From assembly GCA_963676565.1 (NCBI GenBank), contig OY781089.1, positions 608,001 through 672,000 of the forward strand: 64,000 bases of DNA, in the 5' to 3' direction. Made by a program: the position numbers and the translations under genes. Numbering within the stretch: position 1 is the stretch's first letter; the number at the start of each line of letters is the position of its first letter. This stretch comes from Halarcobacter sp. (lineage in GTDB: Bacteria; Campylobacterota; Campylobacteria; Campylobacterales; Arcobacteraceae). This document shows positions 38,083 to 47,220 of this stretch, in pieces. The notes beneath the pieces are model-generated. The model was not told the origin of the DNA and did no database searches. It worked only from the letters and a program-made list of their open reading frames with translations.

Positions 38083-38823
38083 ATGAAAGTAGGTTTGTTT
38101 ATTCCCTGTTTTATGAACGAACTTTACCCTAATTGTGGTATTGCAACTTTAAACATTTTAAAGAAATTAGATATTGAAGTAGAATATCCAATGGAACAAA
38201 CATGTTGTGGTCAAGCGATGTCAAATTCGGGTTGTTCAAAAGATATGAAGGTATTAGCAGAACAGTTTGTTGATATTTTTAAAAAATATGATTATGTGGT
38301 TGCTCCAACTGGGTCTTGTGTGGTAACAGTAAAAGATCACTATAAACCATTTTTTGAAGAAGATGATAAAGCTTATAATAAAGTAAAAACATCAATTTAT
38401 GAGATAAGTGAATTTTTACATGATGTTTTAAAAATTGAAAAATTAGATGCTAAATTCCCTCACAAAGTTGGACTACACAATTCATGTCATGGACATAGAA
38501 TGTTAGATTTAGGGACACCTACTGAGTTAAATATTCCATATAACAATAAACTAAGAAATCTTCTTGAAATGGTTGAAGGTATAGAGATCGTTGAGTTAAA
38601 TAGAGAAGATGAGTGTTGTGGATTCGGTGGAACTTTTTCTGTAACAGAACCAGATATTTCTGTAGCTATGGGAAAAGATAGGATAAAAGATCATATTGAT
38701 TCAGATGCTCAAATCATAACAGGTGCAGATATGTCTTGTTTGATGCATATGGAAGGTATCATTAATAGAGAAAAATTACCAGTAAAAGTTATGCATATAA
38801 CTGAAATCTTAGTAGGGGAGTAG
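38083..38823 (+). CDS. lutA: L-lactate utilisation protein A (CCG domains)
   Basis: QTCCGQ and ECCGFGGTF. Confidence 0.9.
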   Translation: MKVGLFIPCFMNELYPNCGIATLNILKKLDIEVEYPMEQTCCGQAMSNSGCSKDMKVLAEQFVDIFKKYDYVVAPTGSCVVTVKDHYKPFFEEDDKAYNKVKTSIYEISEFLHDVLKIEKLDAKFPHKVGLHNSCHGHRMLDLGTPTELNIPYNNKLRNLLEMVEGIEIVELNREDECCGFGGTFSVTEPDISVAMGKDRIKDHIDSDAQIITGADMSCLMHMEGIINREKLPVKVMHITEILVGE

Positions 38824-38826
38824 AAA

Positions 38827-40206
38827 ATGAGCATACATAATCACCCACTTAAAGCAAAAGAGTTTGTTGCAAATGATGAGAGAATGCATTGGCACGACAA
38901 AGCCTTATGGTTTGTAAGAGAAAAAAGAGATAAAGCTTCTAAAAGTATTCCTGAATGGGAACAGTTAAGAACTTTTGCAGATCAAGTAAAAACCCATACT
39001 ATGGCAAATCTTGATAAATATCTTTTAGAGTTTGAAAAGAATGCTTCTAAAAAAGGTATTAAAGTTCATTTTGCAAAGGATGCACAAGAGCATAATGAAA
39101 TAGTATATAAGATTTTAAAAGAAAACAGTGTTAAAAAAGTTGTTAAATCAAAATCTATGTTAACCGAAGAGTGCCATTTAAATCCTTTCTTAGAAGGTAA
39201 AGGTTTAGAGGTTGTTGATACAGATTTAGGTGAAAGAATTGTTCAATTTAGAAAAGAGGTTCCTTCACATATTGTTCTTCCTGCAATTCACTTAAAAAAA
39301 GAGGATGTATCTGATACTTTTCATAAAGAATTAAATACCGAAAAAGGAAATTCAGATCCAACATATTTAACAAGAGCAGCAAGAGCTCACCTAAGAGAAA
39401 AGTTTTTAAATGCAGATGCAGGAATTACTGGAGTAAACTTTGCAATAGCACAGACAGGTGGAGTTGTAGTTTGTACAAATGAAGGAAATGCAGATATGGG
39501 TTCTTCTTTACCAAAACTACATATTGCATCAATGGGTATTGAAAAAATCATCCCTAGACTTGAAGACTTAAGTGTCTTTACAAGATTACTTGCAAGAAGT
39601 GCAACGGGACAACCTATAACTTCATATACATCACATTTCCATGGGCCAATTGAAGGTGGTCAGATGCATATTGTCATAGTTGATAACAAGAGAAGTCCAT
39701 TTTTACAATCAAAATCGTATAAAAAAGCTTTAAACTGTATTAGATGTGGTGCTTGTATGAATACTTGCCCAATTTATAGAAGAAGTGGTGGACATTCATA
39801 CGATTATGTTATCCCTGGGCCTATTGGTTCAACATTAGGAACATTTAGAGATCCTAAAAAACATAAAACTTTATCATTTGCTTGTAGTTTATGTGGTTCT
39901 TGTTCAAATGTATGTCCAGTTAAGATTGACCTTGATTCTCAACTATATACACACAGACAAGATTTAAGGGAAAAAGATATTATCTCAACTAAGAAAAAAT
40001 TGATTATACAGGCAGCTGTTTGGTTAATGACAAAACCAAAACTATTTACCTTTGCAGGAAAAGTTGCAAGAAAACTAGTTCCTATTATGCCAAGGGCACT
40101 TTTATACAATAAATTTAATGTTTGGGGTGAAGGTAGAGAGTTACCACCTTTTCCAAAGAAAAGTTTTAAAGAGATTTACAAAGAAGGATTAGAAAATGAC
40201 AAGTAA
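38827..40206 (+). CDS. lutB: L-lactate utilisation protein B (Fe-S)
   Basis: KSKSM, TNEGNA, CIRCGACMNTCP. Confidence 0.92.
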   Translation: MSIHNHPLKAKEFVANDERMHWHDKALWFVREKRDKASKSIPEWEQLRTFADQVKTHTMANLDKYLLEFEKNASKKGIKVHFAKDAQEHNEIVYKILKENSVKKVVKSKSMLTEECHLNPFLEGKGLEVVDTDLGERIVQFRKEVPSHIVLPAIHLKKEDVSDTFHKELNTEKGNSDPTYLTRAARAHLREKFLNADAGITGVNFAIAQTGGVVVCTNEGNADMGSSLPKLHIASMGIEKIIPRLEDLSVFTRLLARSATGQPITSYTSHFHGPIEGGQMHIVIVDNKRSPFLQSKSYKKALNCIRCGACMNTCPIYRRSGGHSYDYVIPGPIGSTLGTFRDPKKHKTLSFACSLCGSCSNVCPVKIDLDSQLYTHRQDLREKDIISTKKKLIIQAAVWLMTKPKLFTFAGKVARKLVPIMPRALLYNKFNVWGEGRELPPFPKKSFKEIYKEGLENDK

Positions 40207-40780
40207 AGAGCAGATTTTACAAAGCATTAGAAATAATAATGTAGTTGTTGATACAGAGTTACCTTCTTATAAAAATATTGGGATTAAATATGAAAATCCC
40301 TATGATCAGTTTTCTACAATGCTAGAGAGTGTTGGAGGGAAAGCACTTTTTATAAAAAAAGAGGAATTAGATAAGACAATTTCAGAACTGTATCCTAATG
40401 AAAAACAAATAGCTTCAAATGTGGATGGCTTCACCCTTGGTAATTTTGATTCAAATGCACAAGATGATCCTCACAAACTAAAAGATATAGATTTAGCAGT
40501 GGTAAAAGGTGATTTTGCAATCTCTGAGAATGGTGCAGTGTGGTTAAATAATCCAGAAAATAGACATAGAAGTTTATATTTTATTGCACAAAATATTGTA
40601 ATTGTAGTTGATAAGAAAAATATTGTTCATAATATGCATGAAGCCTATGAGCAAATAAATTTTGATAAATCAACATATGGTGTATTTGTAAGTGGCCCAT
40701 CAAAAACTGCAGATATTGAACAATCATTAGTAATAGGAGCTCACGGACCAAAATCAGGATATGTAATTTTTATTGATTAA
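40196..40780 (+). CDS. lutC: L-lactate utilisation protein C (LUD domain)
   Basis: SGPSKTADIEQSLVIGAHGP. Confidence 0.92.
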   Translation: MTSKEQILQSIRNNNVVVDTELPSYKNIGIKYENPYDQFSTMLESVGGKALFIKKEELDKTISELYPNEKQIASNVDGFTLGNFDSNAQDDPHKLKDIDLAVVKGDFAISENGAVWLNNPENRHRSLYFIAQNIVIVVDKKNIVHNMHEAYEQINFDKSTYGVFVSGPSKTADIEQSLVIGAHGPKSGYVIFID

Positions 40781-40794
40781 TGATATAATCTTTT

Positions 40795-43002
40795 ATGAAG
40801 AAAACAATCCTATTTTTATTACTTTTTATAAACTTTCTATATGCACAAAATAAAGAGGTGTTACTGATTCATTCATATCATAAAGGATATAAATGGACAG
40901 ATGACATCTCTAAAGAGATAGAAAAAAACTTTGAACCCTATGATAATATTGAACTTACAACTTTTTATATGGATACAAAAAGAGTTGTAGGGGAAAACTA
41001 TTTTTACAAATTAGCAAATTTATATAAAGAAAAAATCGCAAACAGAAATTTTGATTTAGTTATTGTAAGTGATAACAATGCCTTTGATTTTTTAGTTAAA
41101 TACCACGATTTTTTATTCCCTTCTTCACCTGTACTTTTCTGTGGGATTAATAATTTTAGTAAATCAATTCTTGATGAGAACTTTGTAACCCATTATATGA
41201 GTGGTGTTGTTGAGCAAGTTGACTTAGAAAAAAACTTCGAATTGATTTTAAATCTTCAACCAAATTTAGAAAAATTAATGATTATAAATGATAAGTCTAA
41301 AACTGGTATGGCTATGAAAAAAGATTTAGAACCTATTATGAAAAGATATAAAGACAGAGTAAAAATTGAATATATAGATGACTTAGATATAAAAAATATT
41401 CAAAACGAGATTACAAAACTAGATTCAAATAGTGCAATTTTACTAGTTTTACTTTTTAAAGATAAAACAGGCAAATATTTCACCTATAAACAAAGTGTAA
41501 AAGCAATAAGAAAAGTAAGTAATGTTCCCCTTTATGGTTTATGGGATTTTTATTTAGATTATGGGATTGTTGGAGGTTTATTAACTTCTGCAAAAGCTCA
41601 AGGGGATGCAGTTTCTAAAATGGCTTTAGAGGTTTTAAATGGCAAAAAAGTTTATGATATACCTATTTTAGAAAAATCTCCAAACAAGTATCTTTTTGAT
41701 TATAATGAATTAAATAGATTTGATTTAGATGTGTCGGAGATTTTAAAAGACTATACAATAATAAATGAACCACACACTTTTATTAGAAAATACACAAAAT
41801 TAGTAATAATTACAGTAACAATAATTGCTATTTTACTTATCATGGTATTTTCAATGAAAGCAAATATTCAAAGAAGAAAAATTGTTGAAAAAGATTTACA
41901 AAATAGAATTAAATTTGATAAAGTATTACTTGATACCTTGCCAAATCCAATATATTATAAAAATAAAGATGGGAAGTTTTTAGGTTGTAATAAAGCTTTT
42001 TGTGAACTTCTAAGTGTCCCTAAAAAAGATGTAATAGGAAAAACTGCTAAAGATTTTTTTAGCCCAGAGGTTGCAAAGAAGAATAAAAAAGTTGATGAAG
42101 AGCTCTTAAAAACCCATGGAACTAATACTTCTGAAGTAACATTGCATCTTCCAAACAATCATATGAAACATATTATTATCAATAAAGCAGTATATTTAGA
42201 TAATGATGGCTCAATTGGTGGAATTGTTTGTATTATGGATGATATAACTGAAAGAATACAGCAAAAACAGTTTTTAATACAGCAGGGAAAATTAGCAGAA
42301 ATGGGTGATATGGTTGCAGCGATTGCTCACCAGTGGAATGAACCTTTAGTTGAATTATCTGCACAGGTTCAAGATATACAAACCTCATTTTTATTAAATG
42401 AATTAAAAGATATTCAAGTAAAAGAGTTTGTAAATGATTCTATGGTTCAAATAAAGTATATGTCAAAAACCCTAAGTGATTTTAGAAACTTTTTAAAACC
42501 CTCAACGAGTAAAAGACTATTTGCCATTAGAAAAGCCTTTGAAGATATCTTTGAAGTTATAGGTAAACAAATATTTTATTCAAATATAAACCTTCACTTT
42601 AATTATGAGTATGATAAAGAGGAACTTTTAATTTATGGTTATGAAAATGAGTTTAAACAGGTCTTATTAAACTTAATAAACAATGCAAAAAATAAAGTTT
42701 TAGAGAAAAAGAGTTCAAAAAAATACAATATAACTATTAATATTTCAAGTTGTAATACTTATACTACAATTGAGATTATCGATGATGCTGGAAATATAGA
42801 TGAAAATATCATTGATAAGATATTCGAACCATATTTTACTACTAAAAAAGATGGTACAGGGTTTGGTCTTTATATGGCAAAGGTAATAATCGAGGATAAG
42901 ATGAATGGAACAATTAGTGTAAAAAATAAAGAGAAACATGTTATATTCACAATTAAACTTCCTCACAATAAAAGGTTAGCAAATGAAAATAATGCTTCTT
43001 GA
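40795..43002 (+). CDS. Sensor histidine kinase (periplasmic SBP-like domain, PAS)
   Basis: IAHQW H-box; FEPYFTTK; GTGFGL. Confidence 0.92.
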   Translation: MKKTILFLLLFINFLYAQNKEVLLIHSYHKGYKWTDDISKEIEKNFEPYDNIELTTFYMDTKRVVGENYFYKLANLYKEKIANRNFDLVIVSDNNAFDFLVKYHDFLFPSSPVLFCGINNFSKSILDENFVTHYMSGVVEQVDLEKNFELILNLQPNLEKLMIINDKSKTGMAMKKDLEPIMKRYKDRVKIEYIDDLDIKNIQNEITKLDSNSAILLVLLFKDKTGKYFTYKQSVKAIRKVSNVPLYGLWDFYLDYGIVGGLLTSAKAQGDAVSKMALEVLNGKKVYDIPILEKSPNKYLFDYNELNRFDLDVSEILKDYTIINEPHTFIRKYTKLVIITVTIIAILLIMVFSMKANIQRRKIVEKDLQNRIKFDKVLLDTLPNPIYYKNKDGKFLGCNKAFCELLSVPKKDVIGKTAKDFFSPEVAKKNKKVDEELLKTHGTNTSEVTLHLPNNHMKHIIINKAVYLDNDGSIGGIVCIMDDITERIQQKQFLIQQGKLAEMGDMVAAIAHQWNEPLVELSAQVQDIQTSFLLNELKDIQVKEFVNDSMVQIKYMSKTLSDFRNFLKPSTSKRLFAIRKAFEDIFEVIGKQIFYSNINLHFNYEYDKEELLIYGYENEFKQVLLNLINNAKNKVLEKKSSKKYNITINISSCNTYTTIEIIDDAGNIDENIIDKIFEPYFTTKKDGTGFGLYMAKVIIEDKMNGTISVKNKEKHVIFTIKLPHNKRLANENNAS

Positions 43003-43627
43003 AGATAATGTTAAGCTAAATGCAACAATTAAGAAAAGGCTGGAATTAAAAGGCTACAAAGTATTTAGTTATGTGGATGGAAAAGAAGCCTTTAATAATA
43101 TAACCGAAGGGTTCTCTTGTTTTATATTAGATATAAATGTACCAAATATTGATGGGATAAAGATTTTAAAGAAGATTAGAGAGTTTTATTCAGAAGTTCC
43201 AGTTATCATAATCTCAGCTTCAGTTGAACTTGATGTGATAAAGGAATCCTATGATTTTGGTTGTAATGATTATCTAAAAAAACCATTTTTTATAGATGAG
43301 CTTGAAATAAAAGTTGAAAGACTTTGTCAAATTACAAACGATTTAATTACCTTTGATGAAGATTGTTACTTTGATTACAAATCTTCAACAATAACAATTG
43401 ATGGTGAAACTCAAAGACTTACAAAAAAAGAAAGGTTATTAATCAATCTTTTTTTAACAAAAAAGAATCAAGTACTTACTTATGAAGCAATAGAAAATTA
43501 TGTTTGGGAAGGTTCTTTTGTTTCAATTGAATCAATTAGAAGTCTTGTTAGACGTCTTAGAAAAGTAGTAAAAAAAGATTATATTGAAACAGTAGTTGAT
43601 ACTGGATATAAATTTAAAGTGGACTAA
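42983..43627 (+). CDS. OmpR-family response regulator
   Basis: LLED, LDINVP, DYLKKPF, winged helix. Confidence 0.93.
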   Translation: MKIMLLEDNVKLNATIKKRLELKGYKVFSYVDGKEAFNNITEGFSCFILDINVPNIDGIKILKKIREFYSEVPVIIISASVELDVIKESYDFGCNDYLKKPFFIDELEIKVERLCQITNDLITFDEDCYFDYKSSTITIDGETQRLTKKERLLINLFLTKKNQVLTYEAIENYVWEGSFVSIESIRSLVRRLRKVVKKDYIETVVDTGYKFKVD

Positions 43628-43788
43628 ATAGTCAAAAATAGCATAAAAGTAGCATTTTGCTATTTTTATGAACATATGCTCACAAAGCCCTATTTATAGG
43701 GATTTTATCAAAAAAAATTATGAAAATATCATATCATTATCATGTATGGCTGTTACAATTTTTCCGAGACACAAAAAAAGGAGATCAC

Positions 43789-44862
43789 ATGAAAATGTTT
43801 GGTAAAACTACTAAACTACTTGTAGCAACTGTATTAGTTGCTGGATTAGCAACAACAGATGCTATGGCAAAAAAAGTATACAAATGGAAACTAGCAACAA
43901 CTTGGGGACCAACTTTACATCCATTTATTGATGCACCACTAAATATGGCAAAAATGGTTGAAGAGATGTCTGATGGAAGACTTAAAATTAGAGTTGATGC
44001 ATCAAATAAACACAAAGCTGCACTTGGTATCTTAGATATGGTTAAGGGTGGACAATATGAAATGGGTCACTCTGCATCATATTATTGGAAAGGTAAAGAT
44101 ATCAATACATTACCATTCTCAACAATGCCATTTGGTATGACTACACCTGAACAATATTCTTGGTTCTACTACGGTGGTGGAAAAGAATTAATGGAAAAAG
44201 TTTATAAAAAACATAAAGTATTATCTTTCCCTGGTGGAAGTTCAGGAAACCAAATGGGTGGATGGTTTAGAAAAGAGATTAATAGTGTTGATGATTTAAA
44301 AGGTCTTAAAATGAGAATTCCAGGATTTGCTGGAGAGATCATGGCAAAACTAGGATTAACAGTTACAAACATTGCTCCAGGTGAATTATATACTTCACTT
44401 GAAAGAGGAACAATTGATGCTTTAGAGTGGGTTGGACCAGGTATGGATATTAACATGGGATTCAACAAAATTGCTCCTTACTACTATACAGGATGGCATG
44501 AACCAGGATTAGATTTACAATTTTTAATTAATGAAAAAGCATTTAATAAATTACCAAAAGATTTACAAGAGATTTTAGTTACTGCAATGAAAGCAAGTGC
44601 TTTTGATATGTATTTACAAAATTATCACATGAGTGCTGAAGCTTGGGCTTCAATTGAAAAAGATTATCCAAATATCAAAATCAAAACTTTCCCAAAACCA
44701 GTAATGGATGCTATGAAAAAAGCAAATGTTGAGTTAAGAGAAGAGATGACAAAAAATAATCCTTTATTAAAAGAGATTTTAGATTCTCAAGAATCTTATC
44801 AGAAAAAAGTTAGAAAATGGACAGAAATGTCTGATTATATCTACTTAAAAGATAACTTATAA
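43789..44862 (+). CDS. dctP: TRAP substrate-binding protein, probably lactate/monocarboxylate; probable start 43789
   Basis: AAGGAG SD; signal peptide; QMGGWF, KMRIPG; lactate gene context. Confidence 0.9.
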   Translation: MKMFGKTTKLLVATVLVAGLATTDAMAKKVYKWKLATTWGPTLHPFIDAPLNMAKMVEEMSDGRLKIRVDASNKHKAALGILDMVKGGQYEMGHSASYYWKGKDINTLPFSTMPFGMTTPEQYSWFYYGGGKELMEKVYKKHKVLSFPGGSSGNQMGGWFRKEINSVDDLKGLKMRIPGFAGEIMAKLGLTVTNIAPGELYTSLERGTIDALEWVGPGMDINMGFNKIAPYYYTGWHEPGLDLQFLINEKAFNKLPKDLQEILVTAMKASAFDMYLQNYHMSAEAWASIEKDYPNIKIKTFPKPVMDAMKKANVELREEMTKNNPLLKEILDSQESYQKKVRKWTEMSDYIYLKDNL

Positions 44863-44875
44863 TATCTTTTTACAT

Positions 44876-44904
44876 CAACCTCTTTTCCTAAGGAAAAGGG
44901 GTTG
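44876..44904 (+). terminator. Intercistronic hairpin after the TRAP SBP gene
   Basis: CAACCTCTTTTCC-TAA-GGAAAAGGGGTTG. Confidence 0.65.
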
Positions 44905-44992
44905 CTTAATTTAAAAATGGGTAAGATAAATGTAAGAAGGATATATTTTTCTTACCTATTAACATATTTAGATAACACCCAAAGGAATTTTT

Positions 44993-45628
44993 ATGTTATT
45001 AAAACTAGAGCGTGGTTTTGATAAGTTTGCCGATTTTATCGGACTTATTACAGCTGTAGCAATGGTACTTATGATTTTAAATGTATTTTATGATGTTGTT
45101 ATGAGATACTTTTTTAAAGCAGGATCTATTGCAATGCAAGAGATGGAGTGGCACCTATTTTCTGTAATTATATTAATTGGAATTAGTTATACACTAAAAG
45201 AAGATGGTCATGTTAGAGTTGACTTAGTATATGATAAGTTAAGCCCAAGAAAAAAAGCAATGATTAATATGATTGGTGCAATTATTTTTATTTTACCAAT
45301 TTCTATTTTAGTAGGTATTGATTCAATTGCAAATGTTAAAGAGGCATTTAGCTCGATGGAAGGTAGTGGAGATCCAGGTGGGTTACCATATAGATGGATT
45401 GTTAAATCACTTATTCCATTATCATTTTTGCTTTTAATTATTACAACAATTGGATTTTTTATAAAAAATCTTAATATATATAAAGGTTATAGCGTACTTG
45501 ATGAGTATAATCTAAAAGGTGAAATTGAAAATCTAAAATGTGATTTAGAAGAGCATAAATTTCATGTTGTAAATATAGATGGAAGTGATGATGAACCAAA
45601 AAAAGATGAGAAAAGAGATTTAAAATGA
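44993..45628 (+). CDS. dctQ: TRAP small permease
   Basis: QEMEWHL, HVRVD, DPGGLP. Confidence 0.92.
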   Translation: MLLKLERGFDKFADFIGLITAVAMVLMILNVFYDVVMRYFFKAGSIAMQEMEWHLFSVIILIGISYTLKEDGHVRVDLVYDKLSPRKKAMINMIGAIIFILPISILVGIDSIANVKEAFSSMEGSGDPGGLPYRWIVKSLIPLSFLLLIITTIGFFIKNLNIYKGYSVLDEYNLKGEIENLKCDLEEHKFHVVNIDGSDDEPKKDEKRDLK

Positions 45629-46998
45629 TTGGTATAGTTATGTTCTTTACTGCATTGTTTATGCTAATCATTGGATTTCCAGTAGCATTTACATTTGCAG
45701 CTGTTTCAGTGTTTTTTGGAATTGCAGCAGGTTTTATTGAAATATTTAAATACGCAGAAGAGGGACAAGCCTTTATGGATCTTGTTCAATCAGGATGGTT
45801 AGAAGGTATTTCAATGTTTGAGTTTATGCCTTTTAGAATTTACTCAATTCAACAAAGTACAATTTTGATGGCTATTCCTATGTTTATCTTTATGGGAATT
45901 GTTTTACAAAAAACTGGGCTTGCTGAAAGGCTTCTTGAGTCTATGGGATTCTTGTTTGGAGAAATTAGAGGTGGTGTTGCAATTTCTACAGTTTTAGTTG
46001 GAACATTACTTGCTGCTTCTACTGGTGTGGTTGGTGCTTCAGTTGTGGCTATGGGAGTTATTTCTCTTCCTGTTATGCTGAAATATAAATACAATACCCC
46101 TATGGCTTGTGGAACCATATGTGCCTCAGGAACATTAGGGCAAATTATTCCACCATCTATTGTATTAATTATCTTAGGGGATGTTTTCCAAGTTCCTGTT
46201 GGTGATCTTTTTACAGCAGCAGTTTGGCCAGGACTTGCATTGGTTGGAGCATATATTGTATATATTTTGATTTTATCTTTTGTTAATAAAGATATGGCTC
46301 CTGCTATTCCAGCAGATCCAAGTAGAGGGAATAAAACAAAACAAGTTATTAGAGCCTTGATTGATATCATTCCTTCATTGACACTAATTATTTTAGTTTT
46401 AGGTTCAATTTTTGCAGGTGTAGCAACTCCAACTGAATCAGCAGCTGTTGGTTGTATCGGTGCAATTGCACTTGCCTTAATGTATAAAACATTTTCAGTG
46501 GGAATGGTAAAAGAAGCAGCTTTAGAGTCAGTTAAAGTTACATCTATGGTATTTGGTATTCTAATTGGTGCAACAGCCTTTTCAATGGTATTTTCATATA
46601 CAGGTGGAGAAGAAGTTGTTGAGCATGTGATGCTAAGTTTACCAGGTGATGAAAAATGGGGATTTGTAATCTTTACAATGTTAGCAATTTTAATTTTAGG
46701 TTTCTTTATTGACTTTATTGAGATTTCATATATAATTGTTCCTATTTTAATTCCTGTTGCTGAAACATTAGGAATAAATCCTGTATGGTTTGCTATTTTA
46801 ATTGCAATGAACTTACAAACTTCATTTTTAACACCACCATTTGGATTCTCCCTATTTTATCTAAAAGGGTGTGCCCCAGCTGGTGTTACAACAGGACAAA
46901 TATATAAAGGTGTAGTTCCTTTTATTGCAATACAAATTATAGTATTGTTTATAGTTGCTTTCTATCCAGAATTTTTCGGTATGAGCGCTGATATGTAA
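45625..46998 (+). CDS. dctM: TRAP large permease
   Basis: GTLGQIIPPS, TPTE, LTPPFG. Confidence 0.95.
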   Translation: MIGIVMFFTALFMLIIGFPVAFTFAAVSVFFGIAAGFIEIFKYAEEGQAFMDLVQSGWLEGISMFEFMPFRIYSIQQSTILMAIPMFIFMGIVLQKTGLAERLLESMGFLFGEIRGGVAISTVLVGTLLAASTGVVGASVVAMGVISLPVMLKYKYNTPMACGTICASGTLGQIIPPSIVLIILGDVFQVPVGDLFTAAVWPGLALVGAYIVYILILSFVNKDMAPAIPADPSRGNKTKQVIRALIDIIPSLTLIILVLGSIFAGVATPTESAAVGCIGAIALALMYKTFSVGMVKEAALESVKVTSMVFGILIGATAFSMVFSYTGGEEVVEHVMLSLPGDEKWGFVIFTMLAILILGFFIDFIEISYIIVPILIPVAETLGINPVWFAILIAMNLQTSFLTPPFGFSLFYLKGCAPAGVTTGQIYKGVVPFIAIQIIVLFIVAFYPEFFGMSADM

Positions 46999-47000
46999 TT

Positions 47001-47027
47001 AAAAGAGAGTTTCAAAACTCTCTTTTT
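47001..47027 (+). terminator. Intrinsic terminator after dctM
   Basis: AAAAGAGAGTTT-CA-AAACTCTCTTTTT. Confidence 0.7.
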
Positions 47028-47220
47028 AAAGGTCAAAATGTCATTAGTTATTGATTTAATTGAAAATATTATCTTACAAATTTGTGATAGGATGAACAGT
47101 TTTATTGATGATCCTCAACAAAGAATCTACACCGTTCCACGCCTTGAATAGCCCTAAAATAACATATTAATATCACACAAAAAATATATAATTAACAAAA
47201 TGAAGAAATAAGGAAAGATA

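Noticed and set aside
47080..47180. 6S RNA, riboswitch or sigma54 promoter upstream of the D-LDH gene
   Set aside because: Only a weak closing stem with no recognisable family consensus; TGGAACG on the minus strand lacks the -12 TTGC.
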